A stretch of 17,073 bases of DNA from Candidatus Iainarchaeum sp. (GTDB lineage: Archaea > Iainarchaeota > Iainarchaeia > Iainarchaeales > CSSED10-239). The stretch is from NCBI GenBank assembly GCA_937968065.1, contig CALBUD010000013.1:1-17073 (forward strand), read 5' to 3'. The notes under the pieces are model-generated. The model did no database searches. It was not told the origin of the DNA and saw nothing but the letters and a program-made list of their open reading frames with translations. Shown in pieces: positions 7,213 through 15,680 of the stretch (positions within the stretch are counted from its first letter, which is position 1; each line of letters begins with the position of its first letter). The translations under genes and the position numbers were made by a program.

Positions 7213-9345
7213 TTAAAATAACTTTTTGTTTTCTGTATCTTCTGAATATTCTATTTTTAATTCTTTTAAAGTTTCAAAACCATATTTACCAATAATAGTT
7301 ATAAATTTATCAGGGTTATTTTTAATATCTTGAACCGTTTTTATTCCTGAATTATAAAGTCTTCTTGCTCTTACTCTACCAATATTTTTAAGTTCAACTA
7401 AACAAACAAGCTCTTGTTTTACACCATATTTAATTCTTAAAAGAAGATTTGAATATTCTTTAATACTAATAAGACTATAACCTAAATGTTTTAAAAGTTC
7501 TAAAGTGACATGACAAATCCATTCTGCCCTTGAGATAACATCTCTTATCTGTCCAGGAGTTGTATTATATTCTTCTAAAATAATGTTTTCTTCTTTTTCT
7601 TCAATCCACTCATTTATTAATTTCGTTTGATATAGTTTTTGTAAAAGATAAATATCTTCGTACTCAAAATAAATATTTTGTTTAATTTCTTCAAAAAGAT
7701 TAAAAACATCATTTTCTTTTTCTTGTTTATAGTTAATATAAGGAGCCATTTCAAGTGTGTTTACTATTGTAAATATTTTTTCAATAACTTTAGTATCTTT
7801 ATTTTTTTTAATTTCAAGATCTTTTATGATGTTATTTGCAGATAATGGATCTATATACAAATAACAAACTTTTTTTCCAAGTTCAGTTATTTTAAAAGAA
7901 TCTTCTCTTTTTTCTAAAAATCTTTGTTCTATAAATTCTAAAATAATTTCAGTAATGTTTACTTTTATTTCTGTTGTGTTTCCATAAACAAAATAATAAA
8001 ATGTTTTAGATAAATAATTAATTACAGAATCTATATTTTCAAGAGAATTTATCATAATTATTGAAAGAAGATGCCCTCTTAAAATATTTATTTTAGAAAG
8101 TTGTGATTCAATATTTGTAGGACCTGAAAGAATATATGTGTTATATATTTTAGGAATATCAGTTTCTTTGTTAACAACACAAATAGCTTCTCCCATAGTA
8201 TCATATTTTGGCCTACCTGCTCTTCCTGCCATTTGTTGAAACTCATTTACAGGTATAGGAACCATAGAGCCTTCTGAAAATCTAAAAACACTATTAATAA
8301 CGACTCTATATGCTGGTAAATTTATTCCTGCAGCTAGAGTTGGAGTTGCAAAAATAATTTTTATTTTTCCTTTTTTAAAATTTTCTTCAACAATCTCTCT
8401 TTGTTTGTAAATAAGTCCTGCATGATGAAAAGCAGTTCCTAAAAGTAAAGATGAAGAAAGTTCTTCACATTGTTTTGTTGGATTTTCTAATGTTTCTAAC
8501 GTTTCTAAAGATGCTTTTCTTAATTCTTTATATTCTTCTTTAATATATTCTTTAACAATTTTGCCATATTTTTTAGAAAAAGACATTGTATTTTTTCTAG
8601 ATGAACAAAAAACAATCATTTGTTTTTCTTTTTTTAAAGTATCTTTAATAATTGATCCTAAATTAATATTTTTTATAGTTTCATTTGTTAAATCTTCTTT
8701 TCTATTTTCAAAATAAATAATATCGTTGTAAAAAACACCAATTTCAAGAGGAACTGGTCTATAGTTACTTAAAACTAATTTTGAAGAAAGCCAATCTGAA
8801 AGTTCTTTTGAATTTTTTATAGTTGCTGATAGTCCAAGTGTTTTAATCTCTTTGTAATTATGTTTTATATGTGTAATTATTACTTCTAAAGTTGAACCTC
8901 TGTTTGATCCAATCTCATGTATTTCATCAATTGTTAAAAGTCCAACTTCTTTAAGCCAAAAAGGTTCTCTTCTTAAAATAGAATCAAATTTTTCATAAGT
9001 TAAAAATAAAACATCATAATTTTCTAAATATTTATTACTTGAATCTAAATCTCCTGTTGATAAACCTATTTTAATATTTAATTCTTTTGAAAATTTTTTT
9101 TTTGTTTCAAGGTAATGTTCTGTAGTTAATGCTTTAAGAGGAGATATATATATTACTTTTTTTTTTTTGTTTAATAAACAATCAAGCATATACATTTCAA
9201 AGACTGTTGTTTTTCCAGAAGCTGTAGGGGTTATAACAACTGTATTTTCTCCAATATTTTCTTTTGCTAATTCCTGCATAGGATTTAATTTTTCATAATT
9301 ATTTATATCTAATATTTGTTTAATAATTTCTTTTTTTGTTATCAT
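7213..9345 (-). CDS. hel308: Ski2-like DNA helicase, Hel308/Hjm family
   Basis: Helicase motifs are present: PTASGKT (I), TIDEIHEI (II, DExH), SAT (III), FHHAGL and QMAGRAGR (VI). Winged-helix and ratchet regions follow, then a C-terminal helix-hairpin-helix (NIGRVRARRLYNSGIKTVQDI). A GAAGGA SD lies upstream. Confidence 0.9.
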   Translation of the reverse strand: MITKKEIIKQILDINNYEKLNPMQELAKENIGENTVVITPTASGKTTVFEMYMLDCLLNKKKKVIYISPLKALTTEHYLETKKKFSKELNIKIGLSTGDLDSSNKYLENYDVLFLTYEKFDSILRREPFWLKEVGLLTIDEIHEIGSNRGSTLEVIITHIKHNYKEIKTLGLSATIKNSKELSDWLSSKLVLSNYRPVPLEIGVFYNDIIYFENRKEDLTNETIKNINLGSIIKDTLKKEKQMIVFCSSRKNTMSFSKKYGKIVKEYIKEEYKELRKASLETLETLENPTKQCEELSSSLLLGTAFHHAGLIYKQREIVEENFKKGKIKIIFATPTLAAGINLPAYRVVINSVFRFSEGSMVPIPVNEFQQMAGRAGRPKYDTMGEAICVVNKETDIPKIYNTYILSGPTNIESQLSKINILRGHLLSIIMINSLENIDSVINYLSKTFYYFVYGNTTEIKVNITEIILEFIEQRFLEKREDSFKITELGKKVCYLYIDPLSANNIIKDLEIKKNKDTKVIEKIFTIVNTLEMAPYINYKQEKENDVFNLFEEIKQNIYFEYEDIYLLQKLYQTKLINEWIEEKEENIILEEYNTTPGQIRDVISRAEWICHVTLELLKHLGYSLISIKEYSNLLLRIKYGVKQELVCLVELKNIGRVRARRLYNSGIKTVQDIKNNPDKFITIIGKYGFETLKELKIEYSEDTENKKLF

Positions 9346-9561
9346 TTTTGTTTTTCCTTCTATATTTTTTAATGTCTAATATATTATTATAGAGAAGATA
9401 ATATAATACTTATCTACTTTTTTTAAAAGATATATTTTTTTTTAAAAAGAATCAACTAAATATACATAAAAGAAATCTTTTTAAGGAAATCGTTTCATAA
9501 TTATATTATATAATAATTAACATCTAATTTTACAAGTCCTATTTTTTACTGTAGTTTTTAT

Positions 9562-9599
9562 AAACAGTTATAAATAGGTAATTAAAAAACAGTTATAAA
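9562..9599 (+). promoter_or_regulatory. Direct 13-nt repeat containing a TATA-like core upstream of the FKBP gene
   Basis: AAACAGTTATAAA occurs at 9562-9574 and again at 9587-9599 (25-nt period). It lies inside the 269-bp divergent intergenic region, just upstream of the AAGGTAAT SD and the ATG at 9615. Confidence 0.3.
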
Positions 9600-9614
9600 A
9601 AAAGGTAATAAAAT

Positions 9615-10307
9615 ATGATAAACACAAAAGATATTATAGAAATTGAACTAATTTTAAAAGATGCAAATACAAAAGAAGTTTTAGATACAACTAATAAAGA
9701 GGTTGCAAAAGAAGCAAACTTAAATTTAAAAAATGAATATAAATCATTAAACTATGTTTTTGGAGTTGGAGAACTTTTAAAAGGTGTTGAAGAAAATATA
9801 AAAGATTTAGAAATAAAAAAAACAAAAACTTTTATTTTAAAAAAAGAACAAGCTTTTAAAGATAAGGACCCAAATAAAATAGAACTACTTTCTTTAAACG
9901 AATTTAAAAAAGAAAAAATTAATCCACAAGTAGGTTTATTTGTAAACATAGGAAATCGTTCTGGAAAAATAATTAGTGTTTCTGGTGGACGAGTAAAAGT
10001 TGATTTTAACCCAATCTTTGCAGGAAGAGATTTAGAATACACAATAACAATTAATAAAATATATTCAAAAGATAATGAAAAATTACCTGTACTTCTTGAA
10101 AAAGCATTTTATTTCTTTCCAAAAGATCAATTAAGTACAGAGATAAAAGAGAACGATGTTGAAGTAATTATGCCATTAGGTCTTCCACAAGAAGTAGATT
10201 ATTTTAAAAAATTATTTTCAAAAATGATTTTTGATACAACTAATTTTGATAATGTTAAGTTTGTTCAAAAATTTAATAGAAATGAAAAAGGTGAAAATTT
10301 TGAGTGA
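9615..10307 (+). CDS. Long-type archaeal FKBP peptidyl-prolyl cis-trans isomerase (SlyD-like with IF insert)
   Basis: FKBP core motifs are YVFGVGELLKGVEENI and NPIFAGRDLEYTITINKIY. They are separated by an insert-in-flap segment, and an extra C-terminal domain gives 230 aa. This is the only gene in the window with a TGA stop (10305-10307). Confidence 0.85.
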   Translation: MINTKDIIEIELILKDANTKEVLDTTNKEVAKEANLNLKNEYKSLNYVFGVGELLKGVEENIKDLEIKKTKTFILKKEQAFKDKDPNKIELLSLNEFKKEKINPQVGLFVNIGNRSGKIISVSGGRVKVDFNPIFAGRDLEYTITINKIYSKDNEKLPVLLEKAFYFFPKDQLSTEIKENDVEVIMPLGLPQEVDYFKKLFSKMIFDTTNFDNVKFVQKFNRNEKGENFE

Positions 10308-10905
10308 TAAAACTTATAAAACCGGAACAACAACTGTAGGAATTGTTTCAAAAGATGGAATTATTCTTGCAGCAGATATGCAAGCATCAATGGGAAATCT
10401 TGCTGTAAATACAACAACTACAAAAATATATAAAATAAATGATAAAATTGCAATGACAATTGCAGGTTCTGTTGGTGACGCTATGGTTTTAATAAGATAT
10501 CTTCAAAATCATGCAAATCTTTATGAACTTGAACATAAAAGAGCATTAAGTACAAAATCATGTGTTACATTACTTTCAAATATTTTAAATTCAAGTAAAA
10601 TGCTTCCTTTCTACTCTCAACTTTTAGTTGCAGGAGCTGACCAAGAACTTTATTCAATAGATATGCTTGGCGGATTTTCAAAAGAAGATGATTTTTCTTT
10701 TTCAGGATCAGGTTCAGAACTTGCTTTAAGTATTCTTGATAAAGGTTATAAAAAAAATCTCTCTGAAAAAGAGGCTATTGAACTTGCAAAAGAAGCAATA
10801 ACTTCTGCAAAAAAAAGAGATGTTTTTTCTGGTGGAGAAGGAATTAAAATAGTTTTAATCAAAAACAAAGGTATTGAAGAATTACCTATAGAAAAATATA
10901 AATAA
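10282..10905 (+). CDS. psmB: Proteasome beta subunit
   Basis: A short propeptide ends in G, followed by the catalytic Thr in TTTVGIV. Downstream are the conserved Lys region and the AGSVGDA motif. The ORF-track start at 10231 overlaps the FKBP C-terminus and is unlikely. Candidate starts are ATG 10282 or TTG 10300, and the TTG is preceded by AAGGTGA at 10288-10294 with 5-nt spacing. Confidence 0.9.
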   Translation: MKKVKILSDKTYKTGTTTVGIVSKDGIILAADMQASMGNLAVNTTTTKIYKINDKIAMTIAGSVGDAMVLIRYLQNHANLYELEHKRALSTKSCVTLLSNILNSSKMLPFYSQLLVAGADQELYSIDMLGGFSKEDDFSFSGSGSELALSILDKGYKKNLSEKEAIELAKEAITSAKKRDVFSGGEGIKIVLIKNKGIEELPIEKYK

Positions 10906-10987
10906 TTGTATATCTTTCTAGAAATTTATATTTTTATATATTACTTATACCTATTTAATAAAAAACAATTTTTATATGTGAACATAT

Positions 10988-12880
10988 ATGGAATTATTCG
11001 AAGAAATAAAAAAACAAATATCTAATTTTTTAAATGAAAAAAAAGTAAATTTTTCAAAAATAGAACCTGAAGCTTCAGAAATTGCAATCTATACAACAGA
11101 TCCATTTTCTTTTTTTGATAATAAAACAATTGTTGGCGAACTTGCAGAAAAATTTAAAAAAAGAATAAATATAAGAACTGATAAAAATGTTTTAATGGAT
11201 TCTGCAGAAGCATATAATAAAATAAAAGAATTAATACCAAAAGAAGCAGGAATTAAATCAATTGTTTTTGATGGTATTTTTTCAGAAGTTGTTATAGAAG
11301 CTGAAAAACCAGGTGTTGTTATTGGAAAACAAGGAGATGTTTCAAAATCAATAATTAAAGAAACAAAATGGATTCCAAAAATATTAAGAGCACCTATTGA
11401 ACCTTCTGAAATTATTAAAAAAATAAGAGGGTATATGATTAAAAACAACTCAGAAAGAAAACAATTTTTAAAAGAAATTGCAAAAAAAATATATTCTCCA
11501 CCTATAAGTTCAAAAGAATGGGTGAGAGTTACTGCTTTAGGTGGATTTAGAGAAGTTGGAAGAAGTTCTATTCTTTTAGAAACACCAGATACTAAAATAT
11601 TAATGGATTGTGGAATAAATCCTGCAGATAAAAATGAAGAACTTCCTTTTTTTGGAGTTATAAGATTTCCTTTAGATGAACTTGATGCTGTGGTTATAAC
11701 CCACGCTCACATAGATCACATAGGTTTCTTACCTTATCTTTACAAAGCAGGATATAAAGGACCTGTTTATTGTACAGAACCAACAAGAGATTTAATGGCT
11801 CTTTTACTTTTAGATGCAATCTCAGTTTCTGAAAAAACAGGAAGAGAAGCCTTATATGGTGAAGAGGATGTTAAAGAAGTTATAAAACATTGTATTACTA
11901 AAAATTTTAGAGAAGTTACAGATATTGCACCTGGTATAAGACTTACTTTTCATGGAACTTCTCACATCTTAGGTTCTGCAGCAGCACATCTTCACATAGG
12001 CGATGGAAAATTAAATTTAGTTTATTCTTCAGATATTAAATATGGTTTTACAAGACTTTATAATAATATGGATGCAAATTATCCTAGAGTAGATGCTTTA
12101 ATCTTAGAAAGTACTTATGGAGGAAAACCAATAAATCCTTCTAGAAATAAATCAGAAGATAATTTAATAGATGTTTTAAATGAAACTTATGAAAAAGGAG
12201 GTATCTCTTTAATACCTGTTTTTTCTGTAGGACGTGCTCAAGAAGTTATGATTGTTTTAGAAGAATATTTTAGACGTGGAAAATTAAAAACAGAAAATGT
12301 TTTTATAGATGGTATGACTCGAGAAGCTTCATTAATACACACAGTCTATCCAGAATATTTAAAACAAAATATAAAAACAAGAATTTTACAAAATAATTCT
12401 CCTTTCTTATCAAAAATTTTCAGAGCTGTTGATTATGAAGAAAATTCAAGAGAAAATGTTTTAAAAACACCAGGTTCTGTTATTGTTGCATCTTCAGGTA
12501 TGCTTACAGGGGGACCTTCAGTTTCTTACTTAAATGAACTTGCAGACGATCCTAAAAATTCTTTAGTTTTTGTAGGTTATCAAGCAAAAAATAGTTTAGG
12601 TCAAAAAATACAAAAAGGATTAAAATCTATGGTTATAACTGATTCTCAAGGAAAACCAAAAACATTAAATATTAATTTAAGAATTGAAACAATTGATGCT
12701 TTCTCAGGACATGCTTATAGACAAGAAATTATAAATTATATTAGTTATTTAAATCCTAAACCTAAAACCATTTTAATTAATCACGGAGATTCTTGTCAAG
12801 AGTTTTCTAAGTTTATCTCAAAAAGATTCCATATAAACACTCTTGCTATTCAAAATCTTGAAAGTGTGAGATTTAGATAA
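10988..12880 (+). CDS. aCPSF1: KH-domain, metallo-beta-lactamase, beta-CASP ribonuclease
   Basis: N-terminal KH-type region (VVIGKQGDVSKSI). The metallo-beta-lactamase motif is THAHIDHIGFLP, and beta-CASP motifs run through to C-terminal NHGD. The 630 aa length is typical of archaeal CPSF1. Confidence 0.93.
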   Translation: MELFEEIKKQISNFLNEKKVNFSKIEPEASEIAIYTTDPFSFFDNKTIVGELAEKFKKRINIRTDKNVLMDSAEAYNKIKELIPKEAGIKSIVFDGIFSEVVIEAEKPGVVIGKQGDVSKSIIKETKWIPKILRAPIEPSEIIKKIRGYMIKNNSERKQFLKEIAKKIYSPPISSKEWVRVTALGGFREVGRSSILLETPDTKILMDCGINPADKNEELPFFGVIRFPLDELDAVVITHAHIDHIGFLPYLYKAGYKGPVYCTEPTRDLMALLLLDAISVSEKTGREALYGEEDVKEVIKHCITKNFREVTDIAPGIRLTFHGTSHILGSAAAHLHIGDGKLNLVYSSDIKYGFTRLYNNMDANYPRVDALILESTYGGKPINPSRNKSEDNLIDVLNETYEKGGISLIPVFSVGRAQEVMIVLEEYFRRGKLKTENVFIDGMTREASLIHTVYPEYLKQNIKTRILQNNSPFLSKIFRAVDYEENSRENVLKTPGSVIVASSGMLTGGPSVSYLNELADDPKNSLVFVGYQAKNSLGQKIQKGLKSMVITDSQGKPKTLNINLRIETIDAFSGHAYRQEIINYISYLNPKPKTILINHGDSCQEFSKFISKRFHINTLAIQNLESVRFR

Positions 12881-12883
12881 GAT

Positions 12884-13378
12884 ATGTATATTCTAATAAC
12901 AGGTTCAGTTGCTTCAGGAAAAACTACAATTGCAAAGGAAATTAAAAAAAAGTATCCTTCTTTAAAATTTCTTGTAGTTTCAGATCATGAGTTTTCAAGA
13001 GAAAACAATCTTGGTAAAGAAAATGAAGAAACTAAAGAATATGAAGTTGATATAGTTTTATTTTCAAAAAAGATACTTGAACTTTTTAAAAAAAAGAAAC
13101 ATATTATTTTTGAAGGGCATCTTTTTTGTGAAATTCAAAAATCTCTTCTTAAAAAAATGGATTTTATATTTGTTTTAAAAGGTTCTGAAAAATTATTAAG
13201 AGATAGAATGAAAGAAAGAGGTTATGATGTTTTAAAAATTGAAGAAAATATTCTTTGTCAAAAAACAAATTATTTTGAGAATATATTAACTTCAAAGAAT
13301 ATTGATTTTACAACTATTGAAGTTGTAAAAGATTTAAAACTTAATTTTAAAAAAATAAATAAATATTTAAAATTTTAA
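12884..13378 (+). CDS. AK6/Fap7-like adenylate kinase-type NTPase
   Basis: P-loop ILITGSVASGKTT. The segment IIFEGHLFCE...FIFVLKGSEKLLRDRMKERGY resembles the AK6/Fap7 pattern (xxDxH...VLR...L..RL..RGY). Size is 164 aa. The start is 3 nt after the aCPSF1 stop, implying an operon. Confidence 0.6.
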   Translation: MYILITGSVASGKTTIAKEIKKKYPSLKFLVVSDHEFSRENNLGKENEETKEYEVDIVLFSKKILELFKKKKHIIFEGHLFCEIQKSLLKKMDFIFVLKGSEKLLRDRMKERGYDVLKIEENILCQKTNYFENILTSKNIDFTTIEVVKDLKLNFKKINKYLKF

Positions 13379-13393
13379 AAAAATGTGATATAT

Positions 13394-14092
13394 ATGGTAA
13401 AACCACTAGTTTTTTCAAAAACACAAACTGTTAAAGAAATTAAAACAATTTCAAATAAAAGAAGAAAAGGAAAAATCTTATTAAAATTATTTTTTATAAT
13501 TATTATTGTAGTTCTTCTTGCATTTATAATAAATAAAATATCTATAGAAAATAGATATTCTTTTACAGACAAACAAACAAATATACATTTTTCGTCAAAA
13601 GATTTTCATTTAAAAGAAGGTTTTGAAATTTTTTCAAAAGATCAAAATTATTTAGTTGTTTTTAATACTTTAGAGAATGATTCAAATTATTTATCACAAG
13701 TTACTGATGGTTTAGTTTATGTTCAATCTATGTTATTTGCAAAAAATAAATCAACAATTCTTTTAATATCAACTTCTGATGAAAATAAAAATTTACTTTA
13801 TTGTCAGTCTAATTTAGGAGATATTTATGAAAATAAAGAACTTACAGTTGAAGAGTGTTTAGAGCTTATTAACAATGATTATTCAACAATATTTGTTGAT
13901 TATGCGTATCCTGAATATGTTTCTTCAGAAGTAACCTTAAATTTAGCTGAAAAATTACTTTCTATAAAACCAATGAGTTCAAAAGATGCTTACTATTCTC
14001 TTGTAATTTCTATAAATTATATGTTTAAAGATGCTCACTTAATTGAACAAAATCTTGGAGATATTCAAGAAAGAATAAAAAACATCAGTTAA
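13394..14092 (+). CDS. Hypothetical signal-anchor membrane protein
   Basis: A basic N-terminus (KRRKGK) is followed by one TM helix (LLKLFFIIIIVVLLAFII) and an ectodomain of about 170 aa with no motif I recognise. I prefer ATG 13394 over the ORF-track GTG 13385, because GTGAT at 13385-13389 looks like the SD. Confidence 0.6.
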   Translation: MVKPLVFSKTQTVKEIKTISNKRRKGKILLKLFFIIIIVVLLAFIINKISIENRYSFTDKQTNIHFSSKDFHLKEGFEIFSKDQNYLVVFNTLENDSNYLSQVTDGLVYVQSMLFAKNKSTILLISTSDENKNLLYCQSNLGDIYENKELTVEECLELINNDYSTIFVDYAYPEYVSSEVTLNLAEKLLSIKPMSSKDAYYSLVISINYMFKDAHLIEQNLGDIQERIKNIS

Positions 14093-14150
14093 TTTAAATA
14101 TTTAAAAACATCAATTCAATTTATATTATTTATGTTTCTTAATTATAATT

Positions 14151-15521
14151 ATGGTTTCAATAAATTTAGATAAGAGTCGTTTAAGCCTTTTTAAAAGAAC
14201 TAAAAAAGAACTTTTAAAAGAAATTAAACCAGATTCTTCACAAACTATAAAAGAAAAAAAATTTATTGAAAATATTATTAAAAAAATAAATAAAACTCCT
14301 GGTAATCATTTATCAGCAGTGGTTGCAGGTTCTTTTGGAAAAGATACTCATCTAAAAAATACAAAAGATTTTGATATCTTTGTATCTTACCCTCCTTCTC
14401 TTGAAAAAGATAAATTTATAGAAGAAGGACTCTCTTTAGGTCAAAAAGTATTTAAGGGATATTTTTGGGAAAAAGCATATTCTCAACATCCATATATAAG
14501 AGGAGTTATTGATGGTCATAAGGTAGAAATAATTCCTTGTTATAAAATACAAATAAATGAACCAATTATTTCTGCAGTTGATAGAACCATTTTACATTTA
14601 ATGTTTGTTGAAAAAAACATTTCTTCTTCTCAAAAAGACGAAGTTAGACTTTTAAAATATTTTTTAAGATATATAGGAGCATATGGTGCTGATACTTCTG
14701 TGTCTGGTTTTTCTGGATATTTATGTGAACTTTTAATTTTATTTTATAAAGATTTTCAAACAACTCTTGAAAATGTAACTACTTGGTCACATCCAATCAA
14801 GTTTACTTTACTTAAAGAACAACATGTAAATCTTGCAAGATTTTCAGAGCCATTAGTTGTTATTGATCCTGTGGATGACTCAAGAAATGTTGCATCTGCT
14901 GTAAGTTTAAAACAATTAAGTTTGTTTATTGCAGCATCTCGTGCTTTTTTAGAAAATCCATCTATTGATTTTTTTAATAAAAAGCATATTAATAAAGTTA
15001 CTTATCATCAGTTACTTAATAGATTAGATAATTTTTCTTTAGTTGTTTTAGAATTTGAAGTTAAAGATCTTTTAAAAGAAACTGTTTGGTCTAAAGTAAA
15101 AAGTAATACTAAAAAAATAATAACTCATCTTGAATTTTCTGATTTTGATGTTTTAAAATATGAAATCTATTATAAAGAAGAAATGGATAAATGTTATTTA
15201 TTTATTCTTTTAAATACTTTAGAGCTTCCTATATTTAAAAAAATAATTGGACCATTAGTTTCTGATTTTAAAAGTTCTCAAAATTACCTTACAAACAATA
15301 GATCTGTTTTAGGGCCTTACATAAAAGAGGATAGATGGTATGTTATAAGAAAAAGAGATAAAACTTCTGTAAAATCTATTCTTTTAAATTATTCTTTAAA
15401 TTTTGATTTAAAAACAGAAATTTATGTTTTAGGTGAAATCCATGAATTGTTTTTAAAAGAAGATGCTCTTTCTGATTTTTTAACAGATTTCTTTTTATCT
15501 AAAGAGAAATTTTTAATTTAA
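14151..15521 (+). CDS. cca: Archaeal class I CCA-adding tRNA nucleotidyltransferase
   Basis: The nucleotidyltransferase motif is GSFGKDTHLKNTKDFDIFV (GS...DxD). Downstream RLLKYFLRYIGAYGA and the 456 aa length match archaeal CCA-adding enzymes. There is no SD, and a TATA-like TTTATATTATTT lies about 25 nt upstream. Confidence 0.9.
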   Translation: MVSINLDKSRLSLFKRTKKELLKEIKPDSSQTIKEKKFIENIIKKINKTPGNHLSAVVAGSFGKDTHLKNTKDFDIFVSYPPSLEKDKFIEEGLSLGQKVFKGYFWEKAYSQHPYIRGVIDGHKVEIIPCYKIQINEPIISAVDRTILHLMFVEKNISSSQKDEVRLLKYFLRYIGAYGADTSVSGFSGYLCELLILFYKDFQTTLENVTTWSHPIKFTLLKEQHVNLARFSEPLVVIDPVDDSRNVASAVSLKQLSLFIAASRAFLENPSIDFFNKKHINKVTYHQLLNRLDNFSLVVLEFEVKDLLKETVWSKVKSNTKKIITHLEFSDFDVLKYEIYYKEEMDKCYLFILLNTLELPIFKKIIGPLVSDFKSSQNYLTNNRSVLGPYIKEDRWYVIRKRDKTSVKSILLNYSLNFDLKTEIYVLGEIHELFLKEDALSDFLTDFFLSKEKFLI

Positions 15522-15649
15522 TTTTTTTATGTATTTATTAATTTTTTATGATTAAACGGGTGTTTTTTTACTTTTTATAGAAGTAATTTAATTCTTGGTA
15601 CATTAACTTTAGTTAGTTTGTAACAAACAATATAGTATAATCTAGTAAA

Positions 15650-15679
15650 CATATATATAGGTTACATCTCATATATATA
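15650..15679 (+). promoter_or_regulatory. Doublet of TATA-like elements
   Basis: CATATATATA occurs at 15650-15659 and 15670-15679 (20-nt period), immediately upstream of the G-enriched island. The spacing would place an archaeal transcription start around 15680-15705. Confidence 0.3.
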
Positions 15680-15680
15680 C

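Noticed and set aside
9157-9168. A T12 homopolymer (A12 on the coding strand, encoding KKKK in Hel308), and a similar T10 at 9094-9103, as programmed frameshift or phase-variation sites.
   Set aside because: The reading frame is intact through both tracts. Lys-rich A-runs are expected in a genome of this composition. They are worth remembering only as sequencing-error hotspots.
10231-10281. The ORF-track 5' extension of the proteasome beta ORF (MIQLILIMLSLFKNLIE...).
   Set aside because: The extension lies wholly inside the FKBP coding region, is hydrophobic junk unlike any beta-subunit propeptide, and has no SD. ATG 10282 or the SD-backed TTG 10300 are much better starts.
2344-13572. Seven ORF-track entries lie antisense to, or overlap, well-supported genes: 2344..2544(-), 3650..3898(-), 5302..5562(-), 5630..5845(-), 9752..10042(-), 11089..11448(-) and 13375..13572(-).
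   Set aside because: Each lies almost entirely within, and opposite to, a gene with clear family motifs (HerA-like, aRF1/TruD, FKBP, aCPSF1) or a plausible SD-led gene. Their products are low-complexity Phe/Ile/Leu/Ser/Lys-rich strings, as expected from reading AT-rich coding DNA backwards. None has an SD or promoter context.
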